Assembly: GCF_947568905.1 (NCBI RefSeq)
Contig: NC_079172.1
Coordinates: 50,406,001 to 50,470,000, forward strand
Source: Ostrea edulis
Lineage: Eukaryota
Length of the DNA stretch: 64,000 nt
Direction: 5' to 3'
In this document: positions 13,301 through 25,565 of the stretch, one piece after another
Numbering within the stretch: the first letter of the stretch is position 1
Layout of the letters: each line of letters starts with the position of its first letter
Notes under the pieces: model-generated
What the model saw: only the letters and a program-made list of their open reading frames with translations
Database searches by the model: none
What the model was told of the DNA's origin: nothing
Program-made: the position numbers and the translations under genes

Positions 13301-16300
13301 TAAATTCACAAAAATAAAGTTTATGAAATTTGTTATGTGTAAACAAAAGGAACAGGGGATCGATATTGTTCTTTGTCATTTCCAGTCAACAATAATTCTA
13401 GGTTATTAAAGTGTTCAGATGTCTGCAAGCCATTTTTTAAATGATGCATTTTACTTTTATAGGCCAGGTAAACGTTCAACAGAAAGCAAAAAGTCAAATG
13501 ATATAATAGATAAGGTGGCTCAAGAACAAAACAAACCTGACTCAGGCACGATGAAGTCCACAGATACCAACAGATCTCTCAGAAAGTAAGTCCTGCAAGT
13601 GTGGAAAATGTTTATGGAGAGGCAAGCACAGATATGCATCAATATTTTCAATGTTATTTTGTACAATTGTTTTGATGGGACAAAAATAAAGGTGAACGAG
13701 AATTTACACATCAATAAATCCAAAAACTTGATGAATTCATATTCGCCTGAAAACAAATAATGTAGTGTGGGAAAACTGTTAAAATTTCTGAAATTGTTAA
13801 TTTAGTGAATGAATTGGAATTATAAGAATCTAACATTCTTTTTGAAGAATTTATTAATGGGTAAACTCTGGATATTTTACACAGTTAGTGAGTAAAATGT
13901 CCAGAGTGTACACATCAATAAATTTTTCAGAAAGAATCATCCTATATCAAATGAAACAAGTTGCATTGGAATGAAATTATTTTGAATGTGTAGATAATTG
14001 TGTAGCGTTTTTTTAGTACATGCATTACAATGAATCCCATGAAGGCTCTTGTGAGTTAAAGGAATGGTAACTTAATTTCTTTGCCAGAACTGACAAGGAA
14101 CACCGCCCCAAGCCACGATACACAATTCCTGGTACCCCCACTAGTCAGGGCACCCTCTCAGAAATGTCATTCAATGACACCATGTCCATCCGCCAAGCGG
14201 TGTATGAGGAGTGGAGGAAAGAGAAGATGAAATCAGCGAAGAAAGAGAAAGCAGAGCACGAAAAGAAAAAGCAGGAAGAAGTGAAGAAAAAGGAAGAGGT
14301 CATTAATTTCTGTTGTCATTAAAAAAAAAAATTCTTAATTACAATATATGTAACTGCAAAATTACTCATTACTACTTACTGGGTGAAAAGATTGCATTTC
14401 TCCAAATAATTACTTATAGATTAGACTGATCATTGGAATAAGCTGACTCCCTTAGGCTACATTTCACTGCAAAGTTATATATTCTAGGTAAAAACAATGC
14501 ATAATTTTCTTCAAATAAAAAGTAATTCATGATGAATTCTTTCATAAGCATTGTAGGTGGAACAGTAATGATATGTAACTTTGAGGACATTGTGTATGGT
14601 TTGAGTGAATAAACTACTCATTCTATAACTGTATATTTATCATACTGAGTTGGTCATATCACTCATACTGGTTACATGTACTGCTTAATTCATAGGCTTA
14701 GGGAGGGAACACTTTGTTTAAAAAAAAAAGATGAGACAGAGATGGGGAGAGTCTATGGAATTACATATATGATTAACATTTTACAAGTATGTTTAGTCAA
14801 TATCAGTTAAAATTTCTTATGGGAAGATCTTTTCATTGGTACAAAGTTTTGACCATGTAACCTTGAAATTGACCTCTGATCTATTTGAAATAATTCACTA
14901 AAATGAATTCCACTTTGTTGTAATCTGGGAGCATCAGTGTTTAACAAACATATCTTGTTTCTTGCCCATTTAGGTTTTGTATAACTTTGTTCTACTGATA
15001 TACATGATTTATGTCATACTGTTTTACTAAATTATATATTGGTGGTTGTATTTTTAGGAGAAAAAAGAAAAGAAGCTTGAAAATGAGAGTTCCTACAAGA
15101 CATGGAAGGAATCAAAAGAGGACACATATGTCAAAAAAATCAGAGAGGATAGACAGAAAGAAAGAGAAAAGAAGGAAAAGGAGGAGGAAGAAATCCAGAA
15201 GAAAAAAAGAGATGCTGAAAAGGTATATTGTTTGGGTTAACAGAATTCCTCTTATGGAATTGTGGTATATACATGTAGTATATTTCACAAAGATTAGATG
15301 AAGTAGATGTAAAATCATGTTGTTTAACATGAAGGTAGTGAGGTATTTTCCTTTTATAAATACCTTCATGTTAAAAAATACATGTATGTCTGAGAAACAA
15401 AGGTTGTTAACTTAAAATGTTGTAATTGTCTTCGACCATTGAATACTTGCTTGTTTGATTCAAGGTCATGACACACCTTTCAGTTTTAGATAACAACATA
15501 CCAAGTTTGAAGTTATTTCAAGCATAGAAAGCAAAGTTATGCCCCTGACATGATTTAATCTTCTTCCTTTGTAACATTACTTTGTTGACCGGTCACAGTG
15601 GTTTGCTTCATGAGTGGGGAGACTGTGTGTTGTTATGGGTCAGAATATACCCTGTGACCAGCAGAAATCAATCACAAAAAGTCAAAAGATTTAACGATTT
15701 ATATACATTTATTGGAAGAAAAATATATCAATAAACAAATCACTAATTTAGAATAGGTATACAAAATCAGAGTATGGTGCTGGTTTAAAGCCGAGCTGAA
15801 CTCCCAAACAAAAATGTAAACTGTCACAAATTGGCTGTTAAATTATCAATCCAATCAGTCCCCAGATGTAAATTTCAGTCTTATAGAATGCTTAACGAGT
15901 CTGAACATGTGCTTATGAGTGCCAATATCACAAAATTTACAGTGTATTTATACAAAATTGAAGTTCCCAGAGCTTTTGTTTTTATGACTCAAATAATCAG
16001 TGACAAACATCATTCTAAAAATAGAACATCTCAAATCTTTTCTAGGTGTTAATCAAGTACAAATTATTAGACAACAGTGTTCAAGGCCTACACGTACCTT
16101 ATCCGCATCAAGCCTAAGACATTAAAATAAGTGTTGGCTGCTCCTTTGCCAAACTCTTGGCATCTAGAAATGAGTTACAGCCTTGAGCCCCATGCATAGG
16201 TTTATTTGTGGCACTTCACTTACAAACTGGTGGCACCCTGATATAAGTGAAAAATTCTGTAAGGGACATAAAACAATACATATGTAGTAGGCATATAGAC

Positions 16301-18357
16301 ATTTGTATAATGCATGTAGTTCTCAAAACAAAACTATTTCTTACTCTGAATAGGAGCTAGTATATCAAATGTAACACAGTTATTCACATCATTATGTAAC
16401 ACATTGTCATGCTCTTCAAAAAGAAAACTGAATGAGGATGCATTTTATTACTTTTTATTAAAGACTTTTCAAATATGGAAAGAGGAGAAGGATGAAGAAA
16501 TAAAAGAAAAGCTGAGGAGGAAGAGAGAAGAGGAAAGAGAAAAGCAGTATGAAGAAGAAGAAAAGAAAAGAGAGAAAGAAAAGGAAAACCAGACAGCTTT
16601 AAGAGGATGGTATGTTTGTCTTTGTTATATAGCCCAGCAGAAGTCAGTTAAGAGATCTACTAGTGGGAAAACACTCACTGTTTAAAAACTGAAAGGAGAA
16701 TACCGGTACATTTATTTGCGATGACTTTATTTTGTGATTTACCAGTGATAAACTGGTTTGGAGTGACAAATGTTCACAACCAAGATAATCTTAAACAAAT
16801 GTAGAAAAACATTAAAGAACTGGGTCATGGCGAGAAATATTCGCTCACAACCAAGATAATCTTAAACAAATGAAGAAAAACATTAAAGAACTGGGTCATG
16901 GCAAGAAATATTCGCGACGACCCGGTTCTCTTGAACCTTTTGAAAATTTCTAGTACATGAATAAGAGATGGCTTACAGTATCAATAGGGACAGTGAGAAT
17001 ACTTACGGACAATTATAAATTTGTAGAAAATAAAACCACCATACACAGAATATCTATGGGCAATGAGAAATCTGTAGACAATGGTAATTTCTATGGATAA
17101 TTATAGACTGTAAATGTATCATATTTAGTATGTACGATATTTGGTGGAAATTGATTTTTCAACAAGGAAGCCAAGATTTGATTTAGAGTTTTTTAAAACT
17201 GCTATAAGAATATATATGTACACAAGGCATTTAGTGATGCACTTTATTTACGAAAGGTGCTAGATAGAATACACAGCCAAATGTAATTTATTATAATACA
17301 TTTACGGTATTAGGAACAAAGGGAAAGCCATACAGACAATATCTATGAATAATGAGAAATTTATAGAGATAAAGAGAAAACTGTATGATATAGAATATAA
17401 AAGAAAATGATAAAACATTAAAGAGAGTAACTAGAGAATGTATGAAAACCATATACAAAATCATGCACATGAGAAAATAATTTAGAAGATTTGTAGGGAC
17501 CCAAAGAAACTATACAGATATTCTAACTATACAGACAGCGAGGAATACTCTGAACAATGAGAAATTGTGTAGGGGTTTATCTAAGGAAACTTGTACAGAT
17601 ATTATCCTGGAACAAATGAAATGTCAAATTCTTCAACCAGTAGAGTCAGTGAAAAACACAGCTCACGGGAAATTCTGGTATCATATCAAACCTTCTAGTT
17701 TGTTCCTAGATGGACTTTAACTATGTGGATAAATGTTAATTGCTACAAATGAGACTTAATTTCTAGACAACTGATACAAATCAGCTTTATATTCCAAGAA
17801 CTTGGATTATGATTGTACATGTAAGTCAGATCATGAACACAGCTTTCAAACAGTCATTGTCAGTGTACATCTGGTGAATATAGTCCAATCCTCAAAATTT
17901 AGCTTTATTTGAATTGAAATTATGACATTTGTGAACAGGAAAAACAAGAAAGAAGTGGTGTTAAAAGAAAAGGAGAAGGAGGAGAAAAAGAAAAAACTTT
18001 CCACTCTTACTGAACAGGAGAAATTGAAAAGAGAGCAGGAAAGAGAGGCAGAGAAACTGTACGAAAAATGGCTGAGGAGAAAGGTAAGACTATATTGAAG
18101 CTATCATGGTGCTATTCCAGTTGAAAGAATTGTGTGTATATGATTGGCTGAATACTCAAGTAACACTGGCCAATGGGGTCCATTCTTCTGTTGTGTTTTA
18201 ATGTGGTCTTGTGTGTTATAAGAATCTTTAAAACACATTTTTTTTGTAGGATGATCAGAAAAGAAAAGATAAAAGTCGGAGATATGGATCAACAGAGGAC
18301 ATTGAATTCCGTCCAGCATGGAGTCCAGCGAGTAAAACGATACCTTTCGGAAGATAA
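3408..18357 (+). CDS. MAP9: Microtubule-associated protein 9 (MAP9/ASAP)-like, 820 aa, 12 coding exons
   Basis: Manual splicing gives exons 3408-3591, 5205-5592, 6706-6800, 6908-7076, 8147-8321, 11950-12503, 13463-13585, 14088-14298, 15058-15222, 16464-16609, 17939-18083, 18250-18357. Total 2463 nt = 820 aa + TAA, all phases consistent, GT-AG except one GC-AG (12504). N-terminal two thirds is low-complexity and S/T-P rich. C-terminus is E/K coiled coil with repeated aromatic-x-x-W-K/R motifs (VYEEWRK, SYKTWKE, FQIWKE, LYEKWLRRK) and ends RPAWSPASKTIPFGR. The exon model is well supported; the MAP9 name rests on recalled architecture only. Confidence 0.75.
3722..4085. mobile_element. MITE with hAT-like CAGGG termini
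   Basis: TIR CAGGGATTTAT (3722-3732) / ATAAATCCCTG (4075-4085). Flanked by direct repeat GTATATATA (3713-3721, 4086-4094). Confidence 0.7.
4137..4248. repeat. Long palindrome (34-bp perfect arms, no spacer)
   Basis: Centre between 4192 and 4193. 4159-4192 is the exact reverse complement of 4193-4226. Arms extend to 4137-4248 with 3 mismatches. Flanked by (TA)n runs. Confidence 0.9.
6050..6162. mobile_element. 113-bp MITE with 3-bp TSD (PIF/Harbinger-like)
   Basis: TIR GCCTGGATTTCTC (6050-6062) / GAGAAATCCAGGC (6150-6162). CTG on both flanks. Superfamily assignment is tentative. Confidence 0.55.
7223..7542 (+). mobile_element. tRNA-derived SINE
   Basis: Pol III A box TGGCCTAGTGGT (7231-7242) and B box GGTTCAAGTCC (7275-7285). 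Central GTGTCCTTGGGAAAGGCACTT...TGTAAAAGGGGTACC domain is CORE/Meta-like. LINE-like tail TGTAAAGCGCTTTGAG...AAAGCGCTATA. Confidence 0.85.
7570..7741. repeat. Tandem repeat, ~76-bp unit, ~2.3 copies
   Basis: AGACTTCACTGCCCAACCTT recurs three times with a near-identical spacer. Confidence 0.85.
9118..11547 (-). mobile_element. Decayed TIR DNA transposon encoding a paired-domain-like (PAI+RED) DNA-binding region (Tc1/IS630-related), in MAP9 intron 5
   Basis: Inverted repeats AATATTATTGTGGATTTACAGTAAGTGTGAACGA (from 9118) and its near-complement (11514-11547), with weaker inverted similarity further out. On the - strand, GKPIPTKTMTLILKLHAESLFYGKISKKLGVTKAT (from ~11310) frameshifts into YKIVNHGTLALKVSPTKLTPDVLLFIEYEIKKKSSVSNREIRQNLLRRNICTPDNVPSVSLICRAARN. 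No DDE domain seen. Confidence 0.6.
10820..10930. mobile_element. 111-bp hAT-like MITE nested in the paired-domain element
   Basis: Inverted repeat CACAGGGGCTCGTCA (10818-10832) / TGACGAGCCCCTGTG (10918-10932). 8-mer TGTTCAGA on both sides (10809-10816, 10931-10938), with 3 extra nt on the left. Confidence 0.55.
11953..12108 (+). repeat. Coding minisatellite, 27-bp unit x6 (GRKTPT[N/K][F/L]D) in MAP9-like exon 6
   Basis: In-frame translation GRKTPTNLD DRKTPTNFD GRKTPTNFD GRKTPTKFD GRKTPTKLD GRKTPT. Confidence 0.9.
12507..13247. repeat. Intronic minisatellite, ~41-bp unit, ~18 copies
   Basis: Unit GTCACTCTCTGTTTCTAATGTAGATAGTGATTGGACAATTT with (CT)n length variation. It starts immediately after the exon 6 donor. 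Confidence 0.95.
15580..16280 (+). mobile_element. Degenerate tRNA-SINE interrupted by a solo LTR
   Basis: Head (~15580-15630) and body (16077-16280, ending GTGAAAAATTCTGTAAGGGACATAAAACAA) rejoin across the LTR to give the B-box-like GTGTTCAAGGCC. It resembles the reverse-strand copy at ~45170-45435. Confidence 0.5.
15631..16076 (-). mobile_element. Solo LTR (Ty3/Gypsy-like)
   Basis: Termini TGTT...AACA. 4-bp TSD GTGT (15627-15630, 16077-16080). AATAAA on the - strand (TTTATT 15709-15714) ~80 nt from the CCCATAACA end. 446 bp. Confidence 0.65.
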
Positions 18358-18745
18358 AATCACACAACCATGATGAAATCATTGATTTGTCACCAGTTGA
18401 AATGAATAATAGCTTGTCAGAGGAAGTGCTGATGACCCATTTGTAGTCTAGAATTCAGAAATAGTTGGAAAATACCTGTATCTACATGTACTAAACTAGA
18501 TATGTAGAGGGTAGGATTGAATGGAGCTAAAAACAATTTACATTGCTCATGCACCCAATATTTCCAAAACTTGTGAATGCTGTCCGTCCTAATTGGATTT
18601 TTAATAGTTGTTTTGTTTCCTTCTGTTATATGCCATATTTGTATTGTGCATACATTGTATTTATTAGTCATAGTTCATGCATGCCATAAGAACTACACAT
18701 GCATTTTCCTGATCAAAATTTGGACATGTATTGAAATCACCATGA

Positions 18746-18903
18746 CCTGAATTCAACTGATCAATATGCCCTGAATTCAACTGATCATAATGCCCTGAAT
18801 TCAATTGATCACCGTGCCCTGAATTTAACTGATCAATATGCCCTGAATTCAACTGATCACCATGTTTTGAATTCAACTGATCATCATGTTTTGAATTCAA
18901 CTA
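18746..18903. repeat. Minisatellite, 24-bp unit, ~6.5 copies (probable MAP9 3' UTR)
   Basis: Unit CCTGAATTCAACTGATCAATATGC. AATAAA follows at ~18903. Confidence 0.9.
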
Positions 18904-19399
18904 ATAAAGTTTCCGTCTCTAAATGATATGTGTTAAGTATTCTCATACAGCATTGTATTGTTCACCTTTTGGTCCCAGGAGCAGTGTAGGGACTGCACTA
19001 TAGGACTGCAAAATATATTCCAAAATAATTTTGTTTAAAAGAATACAAGACTACAGTTTGCCAAAACAGAATGCAAAACTTCCCATCTGTACATTTGAAT
19101 TGATTCATAACATGTCCTCACATAGTTGGACTAAAAGGGTCACAGAATTTTACAGATGTTGTAGGAAAGTATTTTCTGCATCTTTTTCTCAAGAGAGCTA
19201 TACATGCTAACATCTTTGTGTAACTTTGATTCAAGGGGTTTTTTTTATGCCATGGTCCCAGGAGGCCAGTTAATGGAGTCCCTATAGGGGTGTAAGGATT
19301 TACCTGAGGAACATAGGTACACAATCTTCTAAAGAACAACAGAAGAGATAACAAAGGCTACATTCTGCAACTTAGCAGACATCCTTTTTGGTTTTTTTA

Positions 19400-19755
19400 C
19401 TGGTATAACATGATGAAAGGCTTATTTAGGTATCCTCTGTGTTTCTAGTATAACATGATGAAGGGCTTATTTAGGTATCCTCTGTGTTTCTAGTATAACA
19501 TGATGAAAGGCTTATTTAGGTATCCTCTGTGTTTCTAGTATAACATGATGAAAGGCTAATTTAGGTATCCTCTGTGTTTCTAGTATAACATGATGAAGGG
19601 CTTATTTAGGTATCATCAATGTTACTGGTATAACATGATGAAGGGCTTATTTAGGTGTCCTCAATGTTACTGGTATAACATGATGAAGGGCTTATTTAGG
19701 TATCCTCTTTGGGTTTTTTTTACTGGTATAACATGATGAAGGGGCTTATTTTAAG
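19400..19755. repeat. Minisatellite, ~45-bp unit, ~7.5 copies
   Basis: Unit TAGTATAACATGATGAAGGGCTTATTTAGGTATCCTCTGTGTTTC. Confidence 0.9.
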
Positions 19756-20409
19756 GACTCCAAATCTTTGATGAATGATATCTTTGTGAGCATTGTGGCC
19801 TGTTTGTGTCATGAGGCAAAGGTTAGGAATTTCATTTTTAAAAACTTTTAAGAATTTATAGTTTTACCCAATAATTCTCATAATGTGTTGTATGTTGAAT
19901 TGTGATATCATACATATTAAACAGTTCATTTGAGAGTCGGAAAAGTTTGTAGAGAATAAATGTAAGAAAAAATTTATTACATGTACTTCATTTTTTTTTT
20001 TTTACTTTTGAGTTATGTACATAATTTTTTTAATGATCAAATTGTTATTATGAAAATATTGTAAGCATTGAATAGATGTTTAAAGATGTTTTTTGTTTCA
20101 CATCCCTTATTTTTGAGATGACATGCCACAAATTTAGTCAGAGGCTTCCTCTCCGAGGAATACAAGTTCAGCTAGTTTGTATTTCAGCTGGATTAGTGCA
20201 CCTCAACCTACTTTAGAGCTAAAAGTAGGTCCAATAGTTTTACTGATTTTTTGGTGTTATCGATACAGGTATTACCCTGAAATATAGTCACAACCTTCCT
20301 CCCAGAGAAATACAGATTCAGTTTGCATGTTGAACTCTGGGTAAACCAGTCGCATTTAAGCAAGCTTCACTTACACCTCTGTCAATGCCTGGAATCATGT
20401 AACAATATA

Positions 20410-21899
20410 TACTACTCCAAATTTGATAAGGATCACTAGGTTATATGTGTGTAATTTACCACTAACATAACAAAAGACATAAATTTGACTCAGAAACGTG
20501 TTTACTCAGGTTATGAATGAAAATTCATGAACGGCATGAACTTTTATCAATACGGAATGCTTGAAATCTGATAACAACACCAAAAGGCATTTCATTACAA
20601 AAAGTTAACAGCAAACCAGAGAAAGAATTACACAGTTTTGGGGGATAGTCCATCATTACACTTAGTCAATGAAGTGTCAATACCGGGTATGTCCTCCCCT
20701 TGCATCAATGACGGCTTGACAACGTCGAGCCATGCTGTCAATAAGCACCCGGATGTTTCCAGTGGGAAGGTTCTTCCACGAGGGCGTTTCCGAGCTCTGC
20801 CAAAGTCGTGGGTTGCACTACGGCGTGAAAGGGCAACCTGCAGCATGTTCCAGACATGCTCAATCGGGTTCAAGTCCGGCGAGCGCGCTGGCCAGTCCAT
20901 ACGGACAAGTGTCTCCTGCTGAAGGTACTGCTCCACCACCCTGGCGCGATGAGGACGGGCGTTATCATCCATCAGGATGAACTCAGGTCCAACAGCACCA
21001 GCGTAGTGTCTGGCGTAAACATCGAGGATCTCATCCTCTCTCCAGGACATGAAGATCTGTTCTTCCATCCCTGCTGATTCCACCCCAGACCATGATGGAA
21101 CCACCACCATAACGGTCATGTTCACTGGTGTTGGCATCATGGAAACGTTCACGTTGTCGTCGCCACACTCGGTGCCTCCTGTCTGTAAAGTCCAAACAAT
21201 ACCTGGACTCATCGGTGAACAGAACTTGAACCCAATCGTTCTGTGTGCAAGTGACATGATCTTCAGCCCAGTCCAATCGCTCCCGCCGGTGTCGAACAGT
21301 CAGAGGGACTCAAACACATGCCCTTCTCAAGTTGAGGCCTGCATTGTGAAGCCGATTCCGTATCGTCTGAGTGGACACATTCACCCCCGGGTTATACTCT
21401 TCACCCCCTGAAGAGCCACAAATAGTCTTGGCATTGGGTTGTCGACCTCTGACGACCACCCCCATGTCGGTGTGCTGCTTTACCAAAAGTTTGCTGTCGG
21501 TTCCAGGTCCTGTTTACAACACTCTGGCTGACGTTTAGTGCATTTGCAACGTCACGTTGTGAATAGCCAGCGTCAAACATTCCAATACATCTGCCCAGTT
21601 GTTCTGTCGTCAGGCGACGCCTTACACGTTGAGGGGGCATTGTGTTGATAAACGTAGTGTAAACACTCAAGTGAGTTTGAAATTTTAGAAAGAATCAGAC
21701 ACCGATGCCCGAGTGAAAATCATGCAATGGTAGCAAAAGCATAAACTGTGATGAGAAACGCATTTCCCATGGCATGAAATGCACGTGCAAGTTTGTTGAG
21801 GACGTTTTTGATTTCACTTGGTCACAATATTGCCAGTTATGCAGTTATTAATTTTTAAACAGAAAAATATCTATGATCCTTATCAAATTTTGAGTAGTA
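20410..21899 (-). mobile_element. Tc1-family (DD34E) DNA transposon, frameshifted
   Basis: 25-bp TIRs TACTACTC(C/A)AAATTTGATAAGGATC with 1 mismatch. TA on both flanks (20408-09, 21900-01). The - strand transposase is in pieces: HTH (MPPQRVRRRLTTEQLGRCIGMFDAGYSQRDVANAL), VLFTDESRY...GGGSIMVWGG, LMDDNARPH...SPDLNPIEHVW, with 34 residues between the second D and E. A deletion after LHVLERG breaks the frame. Confidence 0.97.
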
Positions 21900-24744
21900 T
21901 ACATGTATAATCACATGATATAAACAGTCATTCTCATTTCCTTTCCCTTTAAAAGTTCTGGCAACAGGTGATATATCAGGCTCTATTCATATCCCACTGG
22001 CACTTTGTTCAGCACATTTTTACCATTTAGCTGTTTGTCTCTTATTTTACAAGTTTTATCATATTTTGTACAGCCTTTCTTACTTTTGATTCCACGTGTA
22101 TGTCCTACATTCATACATATAGTACCAAGTAGTTCCAAATTTAGGATTAGAAAACAGCGATTTTAAACAATTTACAGTAAGCATCAATTTAAATGCACCA
22201 AAAACATTTCATAATATGACTAAATATTTAGTCCAAAACATAAATGTTGGATATTAGAAACTTTTACAAGATTTCTGTAAATTGAGCGTTGACAAAGGTG
22301 TAGTGTGAGTAGTGCACATAACTCGAGGTAGAGAAAGGGTCAAGTGACTTCAGTGACCAGTCTCACTATAAATCAGGTATAACTTTAGAACCAAAACTGA
22401 TAGACACGGAGTCTTCAGAAATGCTAAAAGGATGTTTTGACCTACAAACTAGTATCTCCAGTGATCTTGACCTTGATCTTTTTTGATCTACTGATAGAGA
22501 GATGAAATCTTTAGATGTGATAAAAGAACTCGACCTTGATTATAAATGCTTGTATTTCTTTAGAACTGGGACTGATGGGGACATGGGATCATCAGAAATG
22601 ATGAGAGGATGTTGTGACCTACAAACTAGGATCAAGGTCAGCGACAGGAAACAAGGGATTTTTTAAAATCAATTAAGGTCTTTGTGATCCAGATTTTTTA
22701 AATGAACTTAAAATTGGCAATTAAGCGAGAAAAATAGTAGTACTGAGAAAAAAAACCCTTTTATACAGCCATTACTTCGTTTGGGAAACTTTATAATCAG
22801 TATACATGTATTATAATCATATGCTGTTTATTCGAGAAATCAAAGAATTTTGTAACCCATATTATGACCCCACGTAAGCCAAACGGTGTCACAGCTTAAC
22901 CCAACTTGAATCAACACAACACAGGGATGCTATATATTTCTTAATACATGTATATTCATACCTTATCTCAAATTTTAACCCTACACTAATCCCATGGTAC
23001 ATATTTTTTCTTCTAAAAAACAGATTTTCAAATTTTGGCCCTTACAATTTCTCATGTAAAAGTTTGAATATGTGTTATGACCCAAACCTACCCCAGGGTT
23101 GATTTGAAGAAACTTTAATCGGCACTACATGGGGATGCTGGGTGCTTGCAATTTTAACTACCCGGGGATGCTGGATGCTTGCAATTATAATGAATAATGA
23201 TATAAGACTAATGATGACCCAACTACCTTTAAAGGTTTATTCTCATCTTAATCTTTGATCCCTTAAATCATTGAGCCCCAGCCCCCCCCCCCCCCTTGAA
23301 GGCCAGAATTTGAATCAAAATGAGACAGTACTACCTAAGGATTCCTGCATACCTATCAATGTTGACTGATTATGACATGGCTATATTCATAAATTCCCAT
23401 CTATAATCCAATGTGCATGGCATGTACTATTTAAGGAGAGAAGCTAGTTAGCAGAAAGGCCTAGTCTCCAGTCCGTTTGATTATAATTCAATAAAAAATA
23501 TGATTAAAACAAACAAATGCGCGTCTGAATCTTGATAAATACGGTTGGGGATATCTGACAGAAATGAAAGAATGTAACTATGTATAAGAAATGTTACTTT
23601 TGAAAATACATAAAGGTGTGAACTGCAATGTTTCACGCTGGGATACTTTTCAATGCGCTTAATTTGTAAAAAGTAATTAAGCTGGTGTGACGTGTTACAG
23701 CAGAACATGATTGTTTCTTTATTAAATGACAAGCACACAAACACACACACACCACACACACACAAACACACACATGCATCTTCTCATAATTATATGTCAT
23801 ACAAAATAGTGATTTTTCCTCATTTTATATTCATTAAATACTTGAAAGATTTTGTTTTGTGCACACCTCAGGTACACCATTTGTTAACTAAATTAAGATG
23901 AATGTGCTGATGTCATAATGCTTCACAGTAAAACGCATGGAGAAGGATAATTCATACCCTCATCAAGTAGGACCCAGGGTCACCCCATTTTAGTATGACC
24001 CCAGCTAGGTCACCCTATTTTCTACACAGTTTACTGCGCTATAAAAATAGTCCAACATAAAAGTGAAAGTACAATGCAAATAATGTGTAAACTGCACACT
24101 ACCAAAGGAAATTGAATATTGAGCAAGTCATTATTGATCATAATGTCATCAATTCTTAACAAAAAAAGTCTAATTCTAAAAATGATAATTCACTGTTATC
24201 TGCATCCCCCAATTTTTTCCAAGTACAAGAATATGGTATAAACCTAGCTTATAATAAATACAATGCAGTGAAATTGAACTTGGAATATCATATCGTTTTA
24301 TTTATTTGCAATTTATTTACAGGTAATTATAAGCTAATGTTGTACCTGGAGGGTGACCTCTGGTCATCGAATGATTTCAAACATGAAAATTATGTTACTA
24401 TGTATTATCTTTCATGATGCTAGTACAACAGTGTCAATGTGAAATGTTTAGCTCACCTGAGCCAAAAAATAAAATGAGCGTTTTTGATCATTTGTCTATC
24501 CGTTTGTTGAATCTTCTTATTTACTGGGCATATTTTCACCAAACCTTAAGTAAGGATCAAATTTATGTTCAGATGGTCCATGGGTATTTTTGGACATAGA
24601 AGGAGATTGGTCATTTGGTCACTCTACCTCTTACTTGGCTATGTATTTGAAATAAAAAGTAGAAATATAAACAAGGGTGACCTAAGGTCATCCATACTCC
24701 GAGATGTCGGTTACCTCAAAACACCTTCCTATCATTTTTTTCAT

Positions 24745-25095
24745 TAGTGACCAGAGGGAACTCTTGCATGACCATTTTAACAATGGGTGACCAGAAGTAA
24801 CTCTTATATGACCATTACATCAATAGGTGACAAGAGGAATTGCTTATATGATCATTACATCAATAGTCGACCAGAAGAATAACCTTTATTTGACCATTAC
24901 ATCAATGGGTGACCAGAGAGAACTCTTATACGATTATTACACCAATGGGTGACCAGGCATAACCATTATTACCATTACATCTATGGGTGACCAGAGGTAA
25001 CCCTTATTTGACCATTATATCAATGGGTGACCCGTGGTAACCATTATAGGATCATAATATTATAATGGTGACCACAGTTAACCTTTGCAGAACCA
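24745..25095. repeat. Degenerate ~40-bp tandem repeat
   Basis: Recurrent GTGACCAGAGGTAACCCTTATTTGACCATTACATCAATGG-like units, ~9 copies. Confidence 0.75.
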
Positions 25096-25565
25096 TTAAT
25101 CATTGGGTTGGGAACAATTCCCCATCGATATGGTTTCACTAAAGCATATTTTTTTTTAGGTTTTACATAATGAATTTATTCGTATTCAAACAAAGAAAAT
25201 CATTCCGCCAGGAAAAGAAATATACACTGTACATTGATAATAATGATAGTAATTATCAAACATGAGAAAAACACAGAAAAGTAGAAAAAATCTAATAAAA
25301 GGATTCATAATAGAATGTAAATTGGACCATGTCTACCTGCCGAAAGATTTGTGCTTCGACAATGACAAAGTCATGCAGAAAGTAGGCAAATTTACTCCAG
25401 GTCCTAGTTGACATATAGAGTGAGAATGAGGACAATCAAGAGGTATAAGAGTTTGAAAACAAATTTAATCCATATCAGAACACCATGAACATACATAATA
25501 CGTTTGTAAAGTACAAAAAAAACACCTTTAATATCACATTTCTATCTTCATAATTTACAGAATGT

